Of a stretch of DNA of 32,000 nucleotides, positions 26,526 through 32,000 are shown piece after piece. The notes under the pieces were generated by a model, which saw only the letters and a list, made by a program, of their open reading frames with translations, did not search any database and was not told where the DNA came from. The DNA is taken from NCBI RefSeq assembly GCF_000092465.1, contig NC_014205.1:1548348-1580347 (forward strand), in the 5' to 3' direction. The translations under genes were made by a program, and so were the position numbers. The stretch comes from Staphylothermus hellenicus DSM 12710 (GTDB taxonomy: Archaea; Thermoproteota; Thermoprotei_A; Sulfolobales; Desulfurococcaceae). Each line of letters begins with the position of its first letter. Positions within the stretch are counted from its first letter, which is position 1.

Positions 26526-29500
26526 CTAGATCTTCTTATGTATATCTTCTAGTTTTAAACGAGGCATTATACACATGCTCATTAATTCTTGGACTAAGAG
26601 TTTGAATGCATAAGATACTTTTACAGGTTTAAGCTTACCTTTATCTTTATGTATAGGACACACATATTTTCCACGTATACGGTCATAGTATCCTATGTGC
26701 CCGCATAGTTCACATACGTATATAGTTGTTTTATCACTTTTATCTAGCATTTGCTCTTTCAACAACAATGATGCTCCATGACCTACTAAGCAGTCAACCT
26801 CCATCTCACCAAATCTAAGACCTCCCTCCTTAGCTCTGCCCTCGGTTGGTTGTCTAGTTAGTATCTGTACTGGTCCACGGGCACGTGCATGTATTTTGTC
26901 GGCTACCATATGGTGTAGTTTCTGATAATACACTATCCCTATAAATATCGGTGTCTTAAGAATTTCACCTGTTCTACCATCGTACATTGTTTCATATCCA
27001 CTCATTGGATACCCGTGTCTCTTCAACGTGATCATTAAGTTCTCTATTGGTTCCTTATGGAATGGTGTTGCATCGACAAATCTTCCCTCGAGCGCAGCTG
27101 CTTTACCAGCTATGCTTTCAATTAGTTGTCCAACAGTCATTCTCGACGGGAATGCGTGTGGATTAATTATTAGGTCAGGAACTATTCCCTCCTCTGTAAA
27201 CGGCATATCTTGTTGTGGAACAAGTAAGCCTATTACTCCTTTTTGTCCATGCCTGGAAGCGAACTTATCTCCTAACTCGGGTATTCTAAGATCTCTTACG
27301 CGTGCTTTTACTAGTCTGTTACCATCAATATCCGTAGTAACCATTACTAAGTCTACGATGCCTTTTTCTCCGTGTCTAGTTACTACACTTGCGTCTTGAC
27401 GTGTTATTCCTGCTCCTACAGTGTATTCTTGAGCAGTCATGAATCTTGGCGGGCTTATTTTTCCTATTAGTACATCTCCTCCTTTAACAGGGGTTTCTGG
27501 CGAGACTATTCCATCCTCGTCTAGTTTCTCATATGCTTTTGGTCCACGATAACCTCGGACATTGCTTGGAGGAATCGTGATTTTATCTTCTTGTCCGCCG
27601 GGATACCTGTATTCGACTGTTGTGTAGAGCCTGAAGAATGTGCTTCTAGCTAGTCCTCGATCCACGCTGCTCTTATTCATGATTAATGCGTCTTCTATAT
27701 TGTAACCTGTGAAGCTCATTACTGCTACAACCATGTTCTGACCAGCGGGTCTCTCATTGTAGCCGTTTACTTCCATAGCTCTTGTCTGCACTAGTGGTTT
27801 CTGTGGATAATGGAGGAGATGGCCGTGGGTATCCATTCTCCGCTGGAAATTAGCAGAGTATAATCCTAGGCTTTGCTTCGCCATTGCTGCTTCATAGGAA
27901 TTTCGTGGGCTCTGATTATGTTCGGCGTAGGGTATTATTGAGGCTGTTATACCCATTATAGCCGGTGTCCATATCTCCATATGTGTATGTTCAGGTGTGA
28001 TTTGGTCAGGGGTTAACGCGATATATGCTTCTTCTTCCTCGTCAGCATCTAGGTACTCGATGATTCCCTTCTTAACAAGATCGCTGAATTTCCACTCGCC
28101 GGACTTGAGTTTTGCAATGTGTTCTGGTTTCAGCTTAAGTTTACCGTTTTCAACAACTAATAGCGGCCTCCGTATTCTGCCTGCATCTGTGTTTATATAT
28201 ACTTCGTTCAAGTGTTCATCCTGTATATGTGCCACATTTACTTCTATGCTTATTTTTCCCCGTCTTCTCATGTTCCTGATTTCTTCTGCAAGTTTTTTAC
28301 CATCTGGATAATATCCGATTAATCTACCATTTAAATATACGCGGCTCCAAGAAGTATAGTCGGGGTATTCTTCTAACTCGCCAGTGACCGCTTTTTTGAC
28401 TTCCCCAATTATTTCCTCTATACTTTTAACTCCAAGTTTTTCATATAGTATAGGCTCTATATGCTCCTCCGGTACGCCTACACTGACATGAGCCATTAAT
28501 GCTAGGTTCTTTACAAGACCAATATTTGCTCCTTCAGGTGTTTCGAAGGGACACATTCTTCCCCATTGTGTTGGATGGAGTTCTCTTGCTTCAAAATGTG
28601 GTTGGGTACGTTTTAGTGGAGATACTACTCTTCTGAGATGGCTTAGAGTACTCATTAGGTTTGTTCTATCCAGTAACTGGCTTACACCTGTTTTTCCGCC
28701 GGGCCAGTTTCCTGTAGCCATTGCATGTAGTATTCTATCTGTTAGCATTCCAGGTTTGATAACCAGTTTGAGATCTAGTTTTCCATATTTACTGTAGCTT
28801 CTCTCAATACTGCTCTTAACTTCTCTTATAAAATATGTTACTAGATTATGTCTTATAAGTTGAGCTAAGAGGTCGCCGGCTAGTTTAAGCCTCTTATTAC
28901 GATAATGATCTTTATCATCGGGTTTTCTACGGCCAACAATGAGCTCTATAAGTTTATTCACCATTTGCCCTATAAAATACGCTTTTTTACGTCTAACCTC
29001 GGGAGTTGGTTCGGTGCCTATGTGTGGCAATAAGTATTCGTCTAGCGCTCTTTGCGCTCTTCTTATACGTTCCTCTCTAGGCCTACCAATAGCTATTCTA
29101 GCACCAATATAATCTAGTGCTATCTCTATTGTTTTCCTCCTATGCTCCTCCTCGATCCTCTTTTGTTCCTCGGAGGAAGCGTTCTCTGGTATTTCTAGTT
29201 TTGGAAATATTGATTGAGCCTGCATAATTGAAGGTAATAGATATGTTTGGAGATCAGGGTCTAAGCTGACAGCATGTGTTATCTCGAGCTCTGATGCTAA
29301 GCCTAGAGCAGTCATCAGTATAACGACGGGGATACGGTGGCCGTGGAGATTTGCATAGAAAATACCGTCTTTTCTTCGCTCAATAACTAGTTGGCTCCTC
29401 CTGCCTTTAGCGACACTTATAACTTTAGCAATATGAGTCGCTGATGAGCCTTCGCTTGCATAATCAATTAATATATTGTTACTGGCTAGATCCTCTTGTG

Positions 29501-29996
29501 CAACAAGTACTTTTTCACTACCATTAATGATAAAGTAACCACCTGGATCCTTTGGATCCTCACCTATAGCAATCAGTTCCTCAGCGGTCATTTTACTTAG
29601 TGGATCAATTTTAGATTTTAACATAACAGGAAGATCCATTAATTTAATTTCTTGTTCCTTATAAATACCTGTTTCATCTTGCAGTGCAACTCTTAAATAG
29701 ACGGGAACAGCATATGTAAAGTTCCTCAACCTACATTCTAGAGGTGTAACTGTTCTTTCAAATCCCTCAATAGTTCTGATTTTAGGCTCATTGCCTATAC
29801 GGTATCCTTTAATCAATAATTTCCTACTACCCGATATCTTTATTTCTTTGTGCTCGCTTATTATTTCCGGTAATAAATGATCTATGAATCTATTATAGCT
29901 ATCCAAGTGCTGTCTAACAAGTCCAAATTCTTCAAAGAAACTCTTCATTACAGTCCATAGATCATCTGGGGTTGGGAATTTATTAGAGTTAGACAA
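26526..29996 (-). CDS. rpoB: DNA-directed RNA polymerase subunit B (Rpo2), unsplit
   Basis: It is 1156 aa and carries [26 protein letters not shown] and a C-terminal zinc ribbon CELCG...CPIH. The TTG start at 29996 has AGGTGTGATC about 7 nt upstream, within the rpoH 3' end. There is no intein-sized insertion. Confidence 0.97.
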   Translation of the reverse strand: MSNSNKFPTPDDLWTVMKSFFEEFGLVRQHLDSYNRFIDHLLPEIISEHKEIKISGSRKLLIKGYRIGNEPKIRTIEGFERTVTPLECRLRNFTYAVPVYLRVALQDETGIYKEQEIKLMDLPVMLKSKIDPLSKMTAEELIAIGEDPKDPGGYFIINGSEKVLVAQEDLASNNILIDYASEGSSATHIAKVISVAKGRRSQLVIERRKDGIFYANLHGHRIPVVILMTALGLASELEITHAVSLDPDLQTYLLPSIMQAQSIFPKLEIPENASSEEQKRIEEEHRRKTIEIALDYIGARIAIGRPREERIRRAQRALDEYLLPHIGTEPTPEVRRKKAYFIGQMVNKLIELIVGRRKPDDKDHYRNKRLKLAGDLLAQLIRHNLVTYFIREVKSSIERSYSKYGKLDLKLVIKPGMLTDRILHAMATGNWPGGKTGVSQLLDRTNLMSTLSHLRRVVSPLKRTQPHFEARELHPTQWGRMCPFETPEGANIGLVKNLALMAHVSVGVPEEHIEPILYEKLGVKSIEEIIGEVKKAVTGELEEYPDYTSWSRVYLNGRLIGYYPDGKKLAEEIRNMRRRGKISIEVNVAHIQDEHLNEVYINTDAGRIRRPLLVVENGKLKLKPEHIAKLKSGEWKFSDLVKKGIIEYLDADEEEEAYIALTPDQITPEHTHMEIWTPAIMGITASIIPYAEHNQSPRNSYEAAMAKQSLGLYSANFQRRMDTHGHLLHYPQKPLVQTRAMEVNGYNERPAGQNMVVAVMSFTGYNIEDALIMNKSSVDRGLARSTFFRLYTTVEYRYPGGQEDKITIPPSNVRGYRGPKAYEKLDEDGIVSPETPVKGGDVLIGKISPPRFMTAQEYTVGAGITRQDASVVTRHGEKGIVDLVMVTTDIDGNRLVKARVRDLRIPELGDKFASRHGQKGVIGLLVPQQDMPFTEEGIVPDLIINPHAFPSRMTVGQLIESIAGKAAALEGRFVDATPFHKEPIENLMITLKRHGYPMSGYETMYDGRTGEILKTPIFIGIVYYQKLHHMVADKIHARARGPVQILTRQPTEGRAKEGGLRFGEMEVDCLVGHGASLLLKEQMLDKSDKTTIYVCELCGHIGYYDRIRGKYVCPIHKDKGKLKPVKVSYAFKLLVQELMSMCIMPRLKLEDIHKKI

Positions 29997-30003
29997 GGCT
30001 TGA

Positions 30004-30276
30004 TCACACCTTTTTCTTTCTAGGTCTAAGTGTATCTACAACTACGTATCTATAAGCAATTGTTTCTCCAGCTGTTGAGCTTTTCCTAATTATGCGGATT
30101 ATATCTCCGGGCTTTGCTCCAATAGCTTTAACAACAGGATCATCAATACTGATCCAGGGGAGCTGGGCAGGTTTTATTTTAAGCTTCCTCAGAAGCTCGG
30201 CAGCTTCTCGAACAGATAATACTTCATGTTTAGGAACAAGTTCGTGTTCTAAAATATTGGGTTTTTTCCGAGACAT
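30004..30276 (-). CDS. rpoH: DNA-directed RNA polymerase subunit H (Rpo5)
   Basis: [15 protein letters not shown]....I...QLP.I...[20 protein letters not shown]....YR.VV is present. Confidence 0.94.
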   Translation of the reverse strand: MSRKKPNILEHELVPKHEVLSVREAAELLRKLKIKPAQLPWISIDDPVVKAIGAKPGDIIRIIRKSSTAGETIAYRYVVVDTLRPRKKKV

Positions 30277-30506
30277 ATTTATCTCAACCCGTAAGCATCT
30301 CTGCTACCTATACTCCAGCGCCGCAATATATATCCTAACATGACAATTAGAAACAGGAGTCTTAAACCTATCGTCCCAAATATATAGGGCAACAGCTAGT
30401 TGCTCACCAAGTTAATACTATTTTCTAATATACTTATATATTCAAAATTTTACCTTAATTAATATATCCCAGTCACAAAATTGATCGTGGCGGTTTAGAA
30501 AATGAT

Positions 30507-30583
<77 letters not shown>

Positions 30584-30643
30584 ATAAGACCCTGATATTT
30601 CTGATTTTTTACTATGCTTATAAGTTTTTCAATAAATTATCAA

Positions 30644-31276
30644 CTATAGCATTATATTGATTGTTTTTACGGCGTGTTTCATTATTTTCTCATATAACAC
30701 ATCTACTCCTATTCCTGCCTTGCCAGGTACATTATATGTTCTATCCCTATTTAGTGTCGAGGGAGGCTCAACTATTTCTTCTATGTAGAAACGTGTTGAT
30801 TCAGATATGTCTGAAGGATACTTGATCATGGGTAATGTTGCTGCAGCTATTTGAAACGCCCTTTCTATTCCTGTTTCTAGTCCCCCGATCCATAGAGGTA
30901 TGTTATGTTTTTCGGCGAATTCATGGATTTTCAAGGTTTCAACTAAGCCACCCACTCTAGCAGGTTTAATGTTTAATATCTTATAGCTGCCTAGTCCATA
31001 ACCTGCTTTTGTATCGTGAATATTCTTGATGCTTTCATCTAAGCATACTGGTGTCTCTATTTCTCTTCGTAATATAAAGTGTTCATATAGATCATCATAG
31101 TGTAATGGTTGTTCAATCATTAGTAAATCATATTTATCTAGTTCTCTAAAATATAGGCATCTTCGAGAGTATAGGCAGCCTTGGCATCTACTTGGACTAC
31201 AGGGTTCTCATATAACTAATTGTTTGCCATCAATACTGATTTCTTCGAACATCCTGGAAGTCATTAGGAGAGCCCT
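30644..31276 (-). pseudogene. Decayed enolase-superfamily gene (mandelate racemase/muconate lactonizing enzyme, OSBS/NAAAR-like), 5'-truncated and frameshifted
   Basis: The intact 158-aa ORF (30644-31120) is only the C-terminal half-barrel, carrying IEQP, CLDES, NIKPARVGG and WIGGLETG. Homologous residues continue upstream in other frames. VVQVDAKAAYTLEDAYI runs from 31200 to 31150, and then the frame is lost at an A4/T4 run (31148-31151). SRMFEEISIDGKQLVI (31258-31211) ends at a TGA at 31208-31210. The remnant abuts the stop of the HAD gene, and about 150-190 N-terminal residues are missing. Confidence 0.75.
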
Positions 31277-31948
31277 TCATTGCCTAGTTTTATTTGCTAC
31301 TAAATTATTTATTTCTCTAAGATCACTTATTACAATACATGATTCAATACATTCATCAATAATATGTGTATTCCAGCTTCTTTTCACTAAAACAAATAAT
31401 ACTCCCGTATTTCTTGCTGTTAAATAATCAATATATGAATCCCCAACATAAATGGCTTGGCTAGGTTTAATGCCTAGTTTATTCAATGCAGATAATAATA
31501 GATCAGGGTGTGGTTTCCCCCTTAACTTCCCATGATAACATTGAATTGTATCAAAGAACTCTATGATGTTGAGTTTTTTGAGGAGGTCAATTGTTCTTTT
31601 ACACGAAGATGAAGTAACTATTCCACATAGTTTATTGTTTTTCCTTAATTGATTAATTGTTTCTAATGCATCATTGTATAGGAGAGTGTTTGGATCCATT
31701 TTTTCTTCAAAACATTTCCTAGCCTGTTCCAGTATAGAGTTATGTAGTTGGGCATTTTTTGTTCTAGTATATTTTTCTAAAATGATATCAGCCGGTAACC
31801 CTACAACTCTATATATGTTTTGAGGCTCTACTCTTATTCCATGTTTCTTGAAGGCTTTAGACCAGCATTCCGCTATTAATTCTACACTGTTAATTATTGT
31901 GCCATCCATGTCGAATAATACTGCTTTTATTGCTCTAGTACTATTCAT
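31277..31948 (-). CDS. HAD-superfamily hydrolase, subfamily IA (phosphoglycolate phosphatase / beta-phosphoglucomutase-like)
   Basis: AVLFDMDGTIINS (motif I DxDGT), GIVTSSS (motif II), GKPHPD and YVGDSYIDYLTARNTG (motifs III/IV) are present. An AGGAGAT Shine-Dalgarno motif lies 5 nt before the ATG, with CATATAAGC further upstream. Confidence 0.88.
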   Translation of the reverse strand: MNSTRAIKAVLFDMDGTIINSVELIAECWSKAFKKHGIRVEPQNIYRVVGLPADIILEKYTRTKNAQLHNSILEQARKCFEEKMDPNTLLYNDALETINQLRKNNKLCGIVTSSSCKRTIDLLKKLNIIEFFDTIQCYHGKLRGKPHPDLLLSALNKLGIKPSQAIYVGDSYIDYLTARNTGVLFVLVKRSWNTHIIDECIESCIVISDLREINNLVANKTRQ

Positions 31949-32000
31949 TAGGCATCTCCTATGAGTCCCTGCTTATATGGTTCACATGAAGCATATTATT

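Noticed and set aside
22589-29996. Possible inteins or insertions in the large RNA polymerase subunits, aIF5B and EF-1alpha
   Set aside because: All lengths are within normal ranges for crenarchaeal homologues. These are B at 1156 aa, A' at 890 aa, A'' at 424 aa, aIF5B at 613 aa and EF-1alpha at 438 aa. Catalytic motifs are contiguous. Only a modest acidic C-terminal tail on A'' was seen.
30277-30506. Small ORFs or an sRNA in the 230-nt rpoH/tRNA-Ala spacer
   Set aside because: Only 15-20 codon ORFs without Shine-Dalgarno motifs are present, and neither strand has C/D or H/ACA boxes. The spacer is best explained as the rpoH operon promoter and leader (GATATATATTG, then GGGTTGAG before the ATG).

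Overview
AT-rich (roughly mid-30s % GC by eye) archaeal chromosome segment. It is almost entirely a core information-processing supercluster of Crenarchaeota type. Supporting signs are an unsplit rpoB, the order rpoH-rpoB-rpoA'-rpoA''-rpl30e-nusA-rps12, and rps7-tuf-rps10 without EF-2. Protein sequences and GC-rich tRNAs in AT-rich DNA suggest a Desulfurococcales-like hyperthermophile (possibly Staphylothermus-like), which I cannot verify without a search. About 40 genes are packed onto the minus strand. They include 20 ribosomal proteins, 9 RNA polymerase subunits, spt4, a nusA-like gene, aIF2-gamma, EF-1alpha, GluRS, ndk, IDI-2, MEMO, a DUF359 dephospho-CoA kinase, a PIN nuclease and a kae1 fragment. 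Only three genes are on the plus strand: aIF5B, rps28e and a divergent DUF151/BFN-like gene. Two tRNAs, Ser-GGA and Ala-GGC, both with encoded CCA, punctuate the cluster. Past tRNA-Ala the conserved block ends in a decayed enolase-superfamily pseudogene and a HAD hydrolase. I see no CRISPR array, mobile element, intein or defence-type island, so this is an ordinary core region. The items worth a second look are modest. They are a well-formed C/D box sRNA candidate with its own TATA box just after tRNA-Ser, and an unexplained GC-rich structured element in the 400-bp rps6e/infB divergent spacer. Others are an opposite-strand BFN-like gene with an acidic tail splitting rps12 from rps7, and in-place orientation flips of rps28e and infB within a conserved array. 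The rest are a DUF2118-like ORF coupled to idi2 and overlapping gltX, an rps27ae gene absent from the ORF track, and several ORF-track starts that sit inside Shine-Dalgarno motifs.
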